From an uncultured Desulfobacterales bacterium (lineage in GTDB: Bacteria > Desulfobacterota > DSM-4660 > Desulfatiglandales > JALVZP01), in the NCBI GenBank assembly GCA_964567535.1, contig CAZMNC010000150.1:1-62441 (forward strand): 62,441 nt of DNA, given 5' to 3'. A program made the position numbers and the translations under genes. Shown here one piece after another: positions 20,686 through 28,633 of the stretch. Below the pieces are notes generated by a model. It had not been told where the DNA came from and did no database searches. It worked only from the letters and a program-made list of their open reading frames with translations. The stretch's first letter is position 1. Each line of letters begins with the position of its first letter.

Positions 20686-21279
20686 TTATGATTTAAAAGT
20701 TTTTAGCTTTTTAAGTATTTCAGGTCTTAATTTTTTATATATAGCAATTGCATTATTTACGGCTTGACATACACCTCGTGAAGATATAGTTGCTCCTGTG
20801 ACAGCATCTATTTGGCCACCATCCGCTTTTACCTTGAAGACCTGCATAACAGATAAACCTTTAAATTGAGCTCTAAAACTGGGATCTGTTTTTGTTCTAG
20901 AACCAACTCCAGGAGTTTCATGATGAGTTGTAACTCCTATGCCTATAATCTTATTACTATCTACGTCTATACCCACAATTACGCCTATCTCTCCTCCAAA
21001 ACCCTTGCCAAATGCTTCTAATGCTATGGCCTTTGGTTTACCATTAAAAATACCCACAAATATAGTCTTATGTGTTTTTCCATACTTTAATTTAAATCTA
21101 TCCACAATAGGGTCATTCTGACAACCTTTCATTATCTCTTTTAAAGTAGGACCTTTTACAAATTTTAACTGTTGATATTCTATCCTTGCTTGGGTACTGC
21201 TTCTAACCAGAGATAAAAGACCACCAGAAATCGCACTAAATATAGTAACAGCCAAAAATAGCTTTAACATATCACGCAT
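20686..21279 (-). CDS. rnfG: Rnf complex subunit G (FMN-binding)
   Basis: N-terminal anchor plus the flavinylation-type motif DAVTGATISSRGV. Start set at MRDML (ATG 21279), which overlaps the rnfD stop in ATGCGTGA. Confidence 0.85.
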   Translation of the reverse strand: MRDMLKLFLAVTIFSAISGGLLSLVRSSTQARIEYQQLKFVKGPTLKEIMKGCQNDPIVDRFKLKYGKTHKTIFVGIFNGKPKAIALEAFGKGFGGEIGVIVGIDVDSNKIIGIGVTTHHETPGVGSRTKTDPSFRAQFKGLSVMQVFKVKADGGQIDAVTGATISSRGVCQAVNNAIAIYKKLRPEILKKLKTFKS

Positions 21280-22240
21280 TTTCAAACCCCCTACCCCATG
21301 CCTTAGGTCTGATCTTATCAAATAATGGATTTGCAACATTCATAATAAGAATTGCAAATACCGTCCCATCTACAAATGCCCCTATGTTTCGTATCAACAT
21401 GATAAGAGTTCCAGCTCCAGCCCCATATATAATCTTTGGTATAAGATTTACTGGGGATGAGGAATCCTCTGGAGCAAGGAAAAAGGCGCCTAAGAGTGTA
21501 TAACCTGTAACTATATGAAATATAGGGGATGCATACTTGTCAGGATTATGTAGATGGAACAAATATGCAGTTATATATATACCAAGCAAAAATGATAAAG
21601 ATATCTCCCATTTTATATATCCTCTTAATATTAAATAGATACCACCTACTAATAAACCAAGCCCAAAAACCGCACCTATTGCTCCAGGTTGTTTGCCCAT
21701 AAATAAAGCATGTAAATTGTAATCTGAAACAGCAGATGCCCCAAAATGTTTTACTGCTGTTAAAGGATAAAACATTTTGAAACCAAAATCATAATTTACA
21801 AGAGCAGCATTAAAATCAAGTATATTTTTCCATGAAAGTATAAGCATTGCCATAGCCACAAGGGCTGGATTAAAAGGGTTACACCCTATTCCTCCATATA
21901 TCTGTTTTGCCACTACAATTGCTATAAAGGTTCCTACTACCACTATCCACCAGGGAGCAGTTGCTGGAAGCATCATACCAAATACAAGGCCGGTAAAGGC
22001 TGCACTGCCATCACCTATGGAAATAGGTCTTTTCATTATAAGATTCATGATTAATTCCCATAACATAGCACATGCTATGGAAAAAGTTATTACTCCTAAT
22101 GCAGGCAGACCATAAAGCCAAATTCCATATATAACAGCAGGTAATGCAGCTAATATGAGGTTATAATTCTTCTTAGTTATACTATCTCCATTATGACAAA
22201 AAGGTGCATGAGAACCTATAAACAATTTTTTATCAGGCAT
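21272..22240 (-). CDS. rnfD: Rnf complex subunit D
   Basis: Polytopic membrane protein with NqrB/RnfD-like blocks (SHAPF.., GGIGCNPFNPALVA). Start set at MPDKK (ATG 22240), overlapping the rnfC stop by 8 nt. Confidence 0.85.
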   Translation of the reverse strand: MPDKKLFIGSHAPFCHNGDSITKKNYNLILAALPAVIYGIWLYGLPALGVITFSIACAMLWELIMNLIMKRPISIGDGSAAFTGLVFGMMLPATAPWWIVVVGTFIAIVVAKQIYGGIGCNPFNPALVAMAMLILSWKNILDFNAALVNYDFGFKMFYPLTAVKHFGASAVSDYNLHALFMGKQPGAIGAVFGLGLLVGGIYLILRGYIKWEISLSFLLGIYITAYLFHLHNPDKYASPIFHIVTGYTLLGAFFLAPEDSSSPVNLIPKIIYGAGAGTLIMLIRNIGAFVDGTVFAILIMNVANPLFDKIRPKAWGRGFENA

Positions 22241-23456
22241 TTTGTTCCCCCATTTTGGAAAGCTCATGTTTTCCAAGCATTATATAATGAAATATGGGTA
22301 TCCTTGCTATACACACATAACTACATAAACCACATTCTACACATGAAAGGAGATCATATTCCTTTGCCGCCTCTTCAAAAAAACCATTTTCAAGAACTCT
22401 TATAAGCATATTTACAGGAACATTTACTGGACAAATGTTCACACACTCTCCGCAGTTTATGCAATGAGTATCAGAGGCATGAATAATTTCATCTTTCGAT
22501 TGAATAAATATTGCATCGGTATCATAATCTATAGGGAAATCAAGAGAATGTACAGTTCTACCTCTCATTAGTCCTCCAATAATTATTCTATCTTCATTAG
22601 ACAATTCTATGTCCAGCTGATTTAATATATGACCAATATTTGTTCCTATTCTCGCTTTCACATATAATATAGAGTAATCTTTTGAAATAATAGTTATAAG
22701 CTTATCAAAAATAAATTTACCCTCTAACAAACTTCCCATATTTGCCACTGCTTCTGCATTTATAAACTCAATTCCTATATCTTTTGGTTCTTTACCAGGC
22801 GGAATAATCTTTTTAAATACATCCTTTACAATAATCTTTGGAATAGCATTAGGATAAAAAGGTTTTATCACATAAATATCATTTCCTATTTCTTTGATAT
22901 ATGAATCAAAACCAGTGGGTACAATAAAACTTATCTTACCTATATGTGCTATTTCTTGAAGGTATTTTATACCTTTAGAAATATCTTGGCTTCTATTTTT
23001 TATTACTAATTGATTTGTACTCACAAATAAATCACTATCCATACCCATAATAACTATATGATTTATAGGAGGATCATATCCAATTAACGAAGAAATATTT
23101 TTAAAACCCGGTACTGAAAATGGGATATAATTTTTTGGTAAATCCTCATATTCATCATCTTCAACCTCTATAGAAACAAGGTAGAATTTCTGATTCATAT
23201 ACCCTATATATTCCGATACATCTTTTATTGTACCTGTTACAGGAGAAATAAAGTTATTATCCTTAAATCTAATTATTTGTCCTGTCTTTACTCTCTTGCC
23301 TATACACGCATAAAGCTCACTTAATCTTACACACTCTTGATCTAACAAAAGAGTTGCTTTTAAAGAAAGCGGAATCTCAGCTATAGATGCATCTTCACTT
23401 AAGAAAGGATAACGAAGTCTCGGTTTAATAAAAGAAAAAAATGGGCGTTTTACCAT
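22233..23456 (-). CDS. rnfC: RnfC homologue with degenerate NADH/FMN-binding motifs
   Basis: RnfC_N-type block ISPVTGTIKDV, IIGGLMRG block, and two ferredoxin clusters CINCGECVNICP and CVECGLCSYVC. The positions of canonical GLGGAGFP and NAAECEPY read SVPGFKNI and MGMDSDLF. Confidence 0.8.
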   Translation of the reverse strand: MVKRPFFSFIKPRLRYPFLSEDASIAEIPLSLKATLLLDQECVRLSELYACIGKRVKTGQIIRFKDNNFISPVTGTIKDVSEYIGYMNQKFYLVSIEVEDDEYEDLPKNYIPFSVPGFKNISSLIGYDPPINHIVIMGMDSDLFVSTNQLVIKNRSQDISKGIKYLQEIAHIGKISFIVPTGFDSYIKEIGNDIYVIKPFYPNAIPKIIVKDVFKKIIPPGKEPKDIGIEFINAEAVANMGSLLEGKFIFDKLITIISKDYSILYVKARIGTNIGHILNQLDIELSNEDRIIIGGLMRGRTVHSLDFPIDYDTDAIFIQSKDEIIHASDTHCINCGECVNICPVNVPVNMLIRVLENGFFEEAAKEYDLLSCVECGLCSYVCIARIPIFHYIMLGKHELSKMGEQNA

Positions 23457-23468
23457 CTTTATCCCCCT

Positions 23469-23849
23469 TTATCTTACATGACAACCAGAACACTCTGTAG
23501 GGCCAACACCCTGGTCTTCGTGGCAGCCTATACACTGCTTATGGAATGCCACAGCCCTTTTTGGAGCTTCATCACTTCCTTGAGGCAGGTGGCATTCACT
23601 ACATGGAGTAGGTTTTTCAGAATCATCTGATATATCATGATGACAATCTGTACAATCTACTCCGTAATCTTTGAAATGTGCCTTATGATCAAACAATACA
23701 TTTCCTGCAGTAGTCATTAACATAATCCTAATAGGCTGTTTCGGCTTTTTCAAAGGAAATGCAGCATAACATATTATACCTGCCATAAAACAAACTATAA
23801 TAATGATATAAGCAATTATGTTTTCTTTTTTTGATCTCATAACTAACAC
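23469..23849 (-). CDS. Membrane-anchored tetrahaem c-type cytochrome (c3-like), first gene of the rnf operon
   Basis: 126 aa. N-terminal hydrophobic anchor followed by four CxxCH motifs (CTDCH, CSECH, CIGCH, CSGCH). Confidence 0.85.
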   Translation of the reverse strand: MLVMRSKKENIIAYIIIIVCFMAGIICYAAFPLKKPKQPIRIMLMTTAGNVLFDHKAHFKDYGVDCTDCHHDISDDSEKPTPCSECHLPQGSDEAPKRAVAFHKQCIGCHEDQGVGPTECSGCHVR

Positions 23850-23872
23850 CCTCTCAATATGTCTGCACGGTT

Positions 23873-23900
23873 TTTATAACAAAGAGATTGGGTTTGTCAA
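23873..23900 (-). promoter_or_regulatory. Sigma70-like promoter of the cytochrome c-rnf operon
   Basis: The minus strand reads TTGACA (23900-23895), 16 nt, TATAAA (23878-23873). The -10 ends 23 nt upstream of the cytochrome ATG, with a GAGAGGGTG RBS in between. Confidence 0.45.
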
Positions 23901-23983
23901 GAAACATTATGTAAACAAATTTTAGATACCTAAATTCTTACGATAATTATTAAGGTAGGAGCATAAGATGAAAAAAATAAAGA

Positions 23984-25627
23984 TTACTGATTCAAAAATT
24001 CATTTGAATTTTGTTCTTGATATAAATGCCTTATAATAATCTTTAAATGTTTTTTTATACCTTCTATCCAATATCCAGAAGCATCATCCTTAAGTTGTAG
24101 AGAAATATTCTCATATAATAGATATAAATCCTGGAAGCTGTTTATAGAGGCTTTTAAATTTAGATGTTTAAGCACAAGGTCAGTATCATTTAAAAAAGAA
24201 TCTATATTAAACTGACACACGTGTATATACGACAACATTAATAAAGCTGTTAATCTATCTATTTCAGCTATATAAAAATTTTGAAGGATTTCCGATAAAA
24301 TTTTTTCAGCATCATTAAATTCTTTTATATTCATATAAACCTCAGCAAGCCTTAATTTGGCACTAATATAAGAAGGATCAATAGAAATGGCCTTTTCCAA
24401 GCTATTTTTTGCTTTTTCATATTCCTTCATCTTTATATATCCAAGGGCTAACAAATTGTATAACCTTGCAGATGGTTCAAACTTAATATATTCCTCAATA
24501 TACATAACTGATTCATCTAATTTGTCCATTTTTATAAGTAAATCTATAAGTTTCATAATACTCTCTTTTTTTAGATCATCAGAATTTGCCAGTTTCCAAG
24601 CCCTTTTATATGCATCTAAAGCCATTTTACTATAGCCCAATTTTTCATTGCATTCACCAAGATGAAGGTAATATTTATATCTAATACTTTCTTCATCCAT
24701 AGGTATAGTTACAAGAGAAAGCTTAGCTGGATTTATACTGAAATATCTGTTTAATGCTTCCTTATAATCTCTCTCCTCCATATATATTTCAGCTGTAAAA
24801 AATTTTACTATATCATTTTCAGTAAACTCTTCTTCAAGACTTAATAGTATATCTTTTGCTTCTTTGTTATTACCTTTCCGTTTCAATAAATTTGAATACT
24901 TTATAGAAGCCCCTATAAACCAATTTTCATCAAGTCTTTTGCAATCCTCAGTTAATGATGCCTTTAAATGAAGCTCAGCAAGTTGTTCTTCCTCAAGCAC
25001 CTCATATGTTTGGGCTAAAAAATAATGAGAAAACCAATTGTTTGGATCTTCAGTAAGCATTTTTTTTAATATATTAAGGTTTCTATTAGCCTTTTTTTTC
25101 AGTGTATCAAGGTCTATATAACCTTTATGTTCTATTTTAATATCAGTAAACATACCCTTTATACCTTTTCTTTTTAAAGAAGGAACAATCTGTTCGTGTA
25201 TAGGAAATTCAAATTTTACACCAGATATATTTGGAAACAATCTGATTTGATATGCAGAACTAAAGACTCCTTCTGGAGAAGGAATAATTATTTTAAAAGC
25301 ATAAGCAACATTTTTATCTTTTGGAAGATGATTTTTTAGCTCATATATCTTTTTTGCATCTTTTTGGCTTATTCTATCATCCGCATCTATATATATAATA
25401 TATTCACCCTTTGCATGTTTTATAGATTCATTTCTTGCTGCTGAAAAATCATTGCACCATTTAAAATTATATACTTTTGCTCCCATTTCTTTTGCAATCC
25501 AAGGAGTTTTATCTTCTGAACCTGTATCAACTATAATTATCTCGTCTACCACATCTTTTATATTTTCAAGACAATCTTTTATATTTTTTTCCTCATTTTT
25601 TACTATCATACAAAGAGAAAGCTTCAT
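23984..25627 (-). CDS. Family 2 glycosyltransferase fused to TPR repeats
   Basis: N-terminal LSLCMIVKNEEKNI..IIIVDTGSEDKT..YIDADD (GT2 DxD) block. The C-terminal ~330 aa contain TPR-like repeats (AYKRAWKL, YNLLALGYIKMKEYEKAKNSLEKAISIDPSY). Confidence 0.8.
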   Translation of the reverse strand: MKLSLCMIVKNEEKNIKDCLENIKDVVDEIIIVDTGSEDKTPWIAKEMGAKVYNFKWCNDFSAARNESIKHAKGEYIIYIDADDRISQKDAKKIYELKNHLPKDKNVAYAFKIIIPSPEGVFSSAYQIRLFPNISGVKFEFPIHEQIVPSLKRKGIKGMFTDIKIEHKGYIDLDTLKKKANRNLNILKKMLTEDPNNWFSHYFLAQTYEVLEEEQLAELHLKASLTEDCKRLDENWFIGASIKYSNLLKRKGNNKEAKDILLSLEEEFTENDIVKFFTAEIYMEERDYKEALNRYFSINPAKLSLVTIPMDEESIRYKYYLHLGECNEKLGYSKMALDAYKRAWKLANSDDLKKESIMKLIDLLIKMDKLDESVMYIEEYIKFEPSARLYNLLALGYIKMKEYEKAKNSLEKAISIDPSYISAKLRLAEVYMNIKEFNDAEKILSEILQNFYIAEIDRLTALLMLSYIHVCQFNIDSFLNDTDLVLKHLNLKASINSFQDLYLLYENISLQLKDDASGYWIEGIKKHLKIIIRHLYQEQNSNEFLNQ

Positions 25628-25650
25628 TTTATTTGCCTCCTTTTATATAT

Positions 25651-25677
25651 TAATCGCCTTATTTCTTCATATGTTCG
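25651..25677 (-). promoter_or_regulatory. Possible divergent sigma28-like promoter of the GT2-TPR gene: CGAACAT-N13-GCGATTA
   Basis: The minus strand reads GCGAACAT ATGAAGAAATAAG GCGATTA, then 23 nt (including AAAGGAGG), then ATG. The -10 matches 5 of 7 positions. Confidence 0.4.
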
Positions 25678-25694
25678 CGTCAAATAATTTATAG

Positions 25695-25721
25695 CGAACA
25701 TATAAAGTAGCCATCCGATAA
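25695..25721 (+). promoter_or_regulatory. Sigma28-like promoter of the cheX-cheY-CBS operon: CGAACAT-N13-CCGATAA
   Basis: Identical half-sites and identical 13-nt spacer length to the fliC site. The -10 ends 28 nt upstream of the cheX ATG. Confidence 0.5.
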
Positions 25722-25749
25722 TAATTAAAAAGCCTGAAGGAGTTAAAAA

Positions 25750-26226
25750 ATGGATAAAAAAATGGAGCATTCCCTTTTAAAAAACACAATAGAATCTACA
25801 AAGTCAGTATTTAATATGATGGCAGGCATAGATGTTAAAGGAGAAGATATTATTATATTTAATAAAGATGGAGTTAAGGGGGATGTTACAGGAATAATAG
25901 GATTATCCAATGATCATATAAAAGGATCTATGGCCATTACTTTTCCAGAAGAATTAGGGAAAGAAGTAGTGGCAAATATGCTTGCAATAGCACCTGAGGA
26001 TATTTCAGAAGAAGAGCTAAAAGATGGTTTAGGTGAAATAACAAATATGGTAGCAGGAGATCTTAATAATAGAATAGGAAATATATTTAAACTTTCTCTT
26101 CCAAGTGTTATAACCGGCAAAGATCATTTGGTTTCCTTAACTCATAATGATACACCCATTGTATTTAAATTTTTTGCATTAGATAAACCCTTTCATTTAT
26201 TAGCAACATTTGAAGAGCAAAAATAA
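25750..26226 (+). CDS. cheX: CheX-type CheY-P phosphatase
   Basis: 158 aa. One D-x3-E-x2-N motif (DGLGEITN) followed by ..SLPSVITG, the single-site CheX arrangement. Confidence 0.75.
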   Translation: MDKKMEHSLLKNTIESTKSVFNMMAGIDVKGEDIIIFNKDGVKGDVTGIIGLSNDHIKGSMAITFPEELGKEVVANMLAIAPEDISEEELKDGLGEITNMVAGDLNNRIGNIFKLSLPSVITGKDHLVSLTHNDTPIVFKFFALDKPFHLLATFEEQK

Positions 26227-26246
26227 TAAAAAAGGAGGTTGATATT

Positions 26247-26615
26247 ATGAAATTACTTATTGTGGATGACTCAGCCACTATGAGAAAAATCATAATGCGA
26301 GGGATAAGACAGTCTGGTTTTAAGGTGGACGAATTTTTAGAAGCAGGAAATGGAAAGGAAGCATTGGAAGTTATTAATTCTAATTCAGTAGATATAGTTT
26401 TAACTGACATAAATATGCCAGAGATGAATGGACTGGAATTGCTTGAAAAATTGAGAACGTCTCCTGATACTCAAAATCTTCCGGTAGTAATGATAACTAC
26501 AGAAGGTGCAGAAAGTATAGTGGAAAAAGCAAAGCAATTAGGACTAAATGGATTTATACGAAAACCTTTTACTCCTGAAGCTATAGGTTCTACATTATCT
26601 AATATAATGGGGTAG
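26247..26615 (+). CDS. cheY: Chemotaxis response regulator CheY
   Basis: Single receiver domain: LIVDDS, phospho-acceptor context VLTDINMPEMNG, GFIRKPF. Confidence 0.9.
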   Translation: MKLLIVDDSATMRKIIMRGIRQSGFKVDEFLEAGNGKEALEVINSNSVDIVLTDINMPEMNGLELLEKLRTSPDTQNLPVVMITTEGAESIVEKAKQLGLNGFIRKPFTPEAIGSTLSNIMG

Positions 26616-26619
26616 AATA

Positions 26620-27831
26620 ATGGAGCCTAACAAATTAGGTCCTATAATAAGACCCCTTTTTAAAAATATAAAAGCCCTGTTTAAAGATCTTGTTCAAGGT
26701 GACGCTGTACTTGGTTTTAGAAAAGGGGCAGATGGTAAGCTAGAAGACTTAAAACCCATTTTATGGGATAAGGCATTTGGATGCAAAGTAAAGGTCGATA
26801 ATGTTACAGATCAGGGTCTTTTTTTGATAATGGAAAGAAATGGAGGTATTTTTCTAAGTGGAAAGCTGCTTGTTCTTCCCCAAAGTAATATAGATGATCT
26901 AATGAAAAAAAATGAGGTAAATGAATCTATACTTGATGCTCAAAAAGAAATCTTTAATATGTTAGTGGGAAAAATAAATGATATTTTAATAGAAAAAGTA
27001 GAAAAAGATATACACCTTGTAATGGGTGAAAATTTCATAATAGACCAACAGGATCTATCATTTTTGCCATCAGATGAAGAATATATTTCATATACTGCTA
27101 GTGTAAAAATGGCAGGACCTATAACTTTCTCAATGGCACTTATTATTAGTAATGAATTAGCAAAATTCATTATAAAACATATATCTACAGATGATGAAGA
27201 AGAAATTGATCAGGACATAGAAAAAGATATAGATGAAAAAAGCGATGATAATATAGAAAATCAACCTGAATTTGAAAGTGAAGAAAAAGAGGTAAAACAA
27301 AATATAAATATATCTTCCTCATTCAAGAAATTAAACAAAAATTCAGATAATGCGGATTTTTATATAGAATATATTATGGAAGAAGACTTTCCTGTGGCAC
27401 AAATAGGTACATCACTATGGAGTGCACTCATTAAGATGAAAAAGTATGGAATAGATTATATAATATTAGTAGATGGCCTTAAATTTATTGGCTTATTAAC
27501 AATGGCAGACATAAGACGAGGATTAAGTCCTTTTATTGAAGATCCCTTTAAAGAATATTGCAGAGAACAAGATTTAGCTACTAAATCATTTAATGTAGAA
27601 TGGTTCTTAGAAAAAGAGATAACCCCTGTCTCTTATAATGCATCTCTTGAAGAAATCATTCAATCTTATGTGAATCAGAATACTCCTTATTTGCCTGTAT
27701 GTAAAAATCAAAGGATCATGGGAGTTATCACGCATAAAAAGCTGATTGAATTTCTTGGAGAATTATTATTTGCTCAATTTTCATCTACTCCAGAATCAGA
27801 TTTTAATTTGGCCGCAACTGGTAGCAAATAG
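26620..27831 (+). CDS. CheC/CheX-like domain fused through an acidic linker to a CBS pair
   Basis: The N-terminal ~190 aa have one D-x3-E-x2-N motif (DAQKEIFN), but Gly rather than Pro sits 23 residues downstream. Asp/Glu-rich linker (TDDEEEIDQDIEKDIDEKSDD). Two CBS repeats at the C-terminus (..YGIDYIILVDGLKFIGLLTMADI.. and ..LPVCKNQRIMGVITHKKLIEFL). Confidence 0.6.
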   Translation: MEPNKLGPIIRPLFKNIKALFKDLVQGDAVLGFRKGADGKLEDLKPILWDKAFGCKVKVDNVTDQGLFLIMERNGGIFLSGKLLVLPQSNIDDLMKKNEVNESILDAQKEIFNMLVGKINDILIEKVEKDIHLVMGENFIIDQQDLSFLPSDEEYISYTASVKMAGPITFSMALIISNELAKFIIKHISTDDEEEIDQDIEKDIDEKSDDNIENQPEFESEEKEVKQNINISSSFKKLNKNSDNADFYIEYIMEEDFPVAQIGTSLWSALIKMKKYGIDYIILVDGLKFIGLLTMADIRRGLSPFIEDPFKEYCREQDLATKSFNVEWFLEKEITPVSYNASLEEIIQSYVNQNTPYLPVCKNQRIMGVITHKKLIEFLGELLFAQFSSTPESDFNLAATGSK

Positions 27832-28621
27832 CTCCATTAATGTTTCTTCTAATCATATCTGGGCTTAAATTGGATGGAATTTCACTGGCTCCAAAAAACA
27901 AATATCCTCCTTTATTTAACATTCTATGTAAACGATTTAATATATCTTTTTTTAAAGCATTTGAAAAATATATAAGAACATATCTACAAAATATAATATC
28001 AAACTTTCCCAAGTGAGAAAAATTGTTTTTTAGATTTATAATTATAAATTTAACCATTCTCTTTATTTTTTGATCTATAACCCATCTATTCCCTTGTTGT
28101 CTAAAATATTTTGCAAGCATACGAGCAGGAAGTCCTCTGTTTACTTCAATTTGGGAGAATTCCCCTTTTTTTGCATACTCCAGAACTTTATTTGATATAT
28201 CACTTGCTATTATCTCTATATTCCACCTCAAAAGCTCTGGAAAGAATTCATATATGAGAAGCGCTATACTATATGGTTCTTGACCGGTAGAACATGCTGC
28301 ACTCCATATTCTTAGCCTTTTTGTTGATTTATTCTTTTCCATTAATTCAGGAATTATATGTCTTTTAAGTATATCAAATTGAACTTTGTCTCTAAAAAAA
28401 AATGTTTCATTAGTAGTCAATGCATCTATTATCTGGTTTAACAGTGAGTTAGTAAGACGGAATTTCGCATTGCTATAAAGCTCTTCTATTCCTGAAAATC
28501 CCAGACTTTTAGACAACTCTTCTAAACGACTTTTAATTAAATAGGCCTTATTATTCCCCAACACTATACCTGTATGCTTTAAAGCAAAATTAGAAAAAAA
28601 ATCTATTATCTCCTGTTTCAT
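27803..28621 (-). CDS. cheR: Chemotaxis protein methyltransferase CheR
   Basis: TNETFFFRD, IWSAACSTGQEPYSIA and CRYVLIYF blocks are CheR signatures. Confidence 0.9.
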   Translation of the reverse strand: MKQEIIDFFSNFALKHTGIVLGNNKAYLIKSRLEELSKSLGFSGIEELYSNAKFRLTNSLLNQIIDALTTNETFFFRDKVQFDILKRHIIPELMEKNKSTKRLRIWSAACSTGQEPYSIALLIYEFFPELLRWNIEIIASDISNKVLEYAKKGEFSQIEVNRGLPARMLAKYFRQQGNRWVIDQKIKRMVKFIIINLKNNFSHLGKFDIIFCRYVLIYFSNALKKDILNRLHRMLNKGGYLFFGASEIPSNLSPDMIRRNINGAICYQLRPN

Positions 28622-28633
28622 ATAAAACCTAAC

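Noticed and set aside
27803-27831. 29-nt convergent overlap of the CBS-fusion gene and cheR 3' ends (also 4 nt at 17443-17446 for the RseC-like gene and rnfB; abutting stops at 58810/58811)
   Set aside because: Overlapping convergent stops are common in compact genomes. No hairpin or antisense regulatory structure is evident. The overlap is recorded only as evidence of tight packing and the absence of intrinsic terminators.
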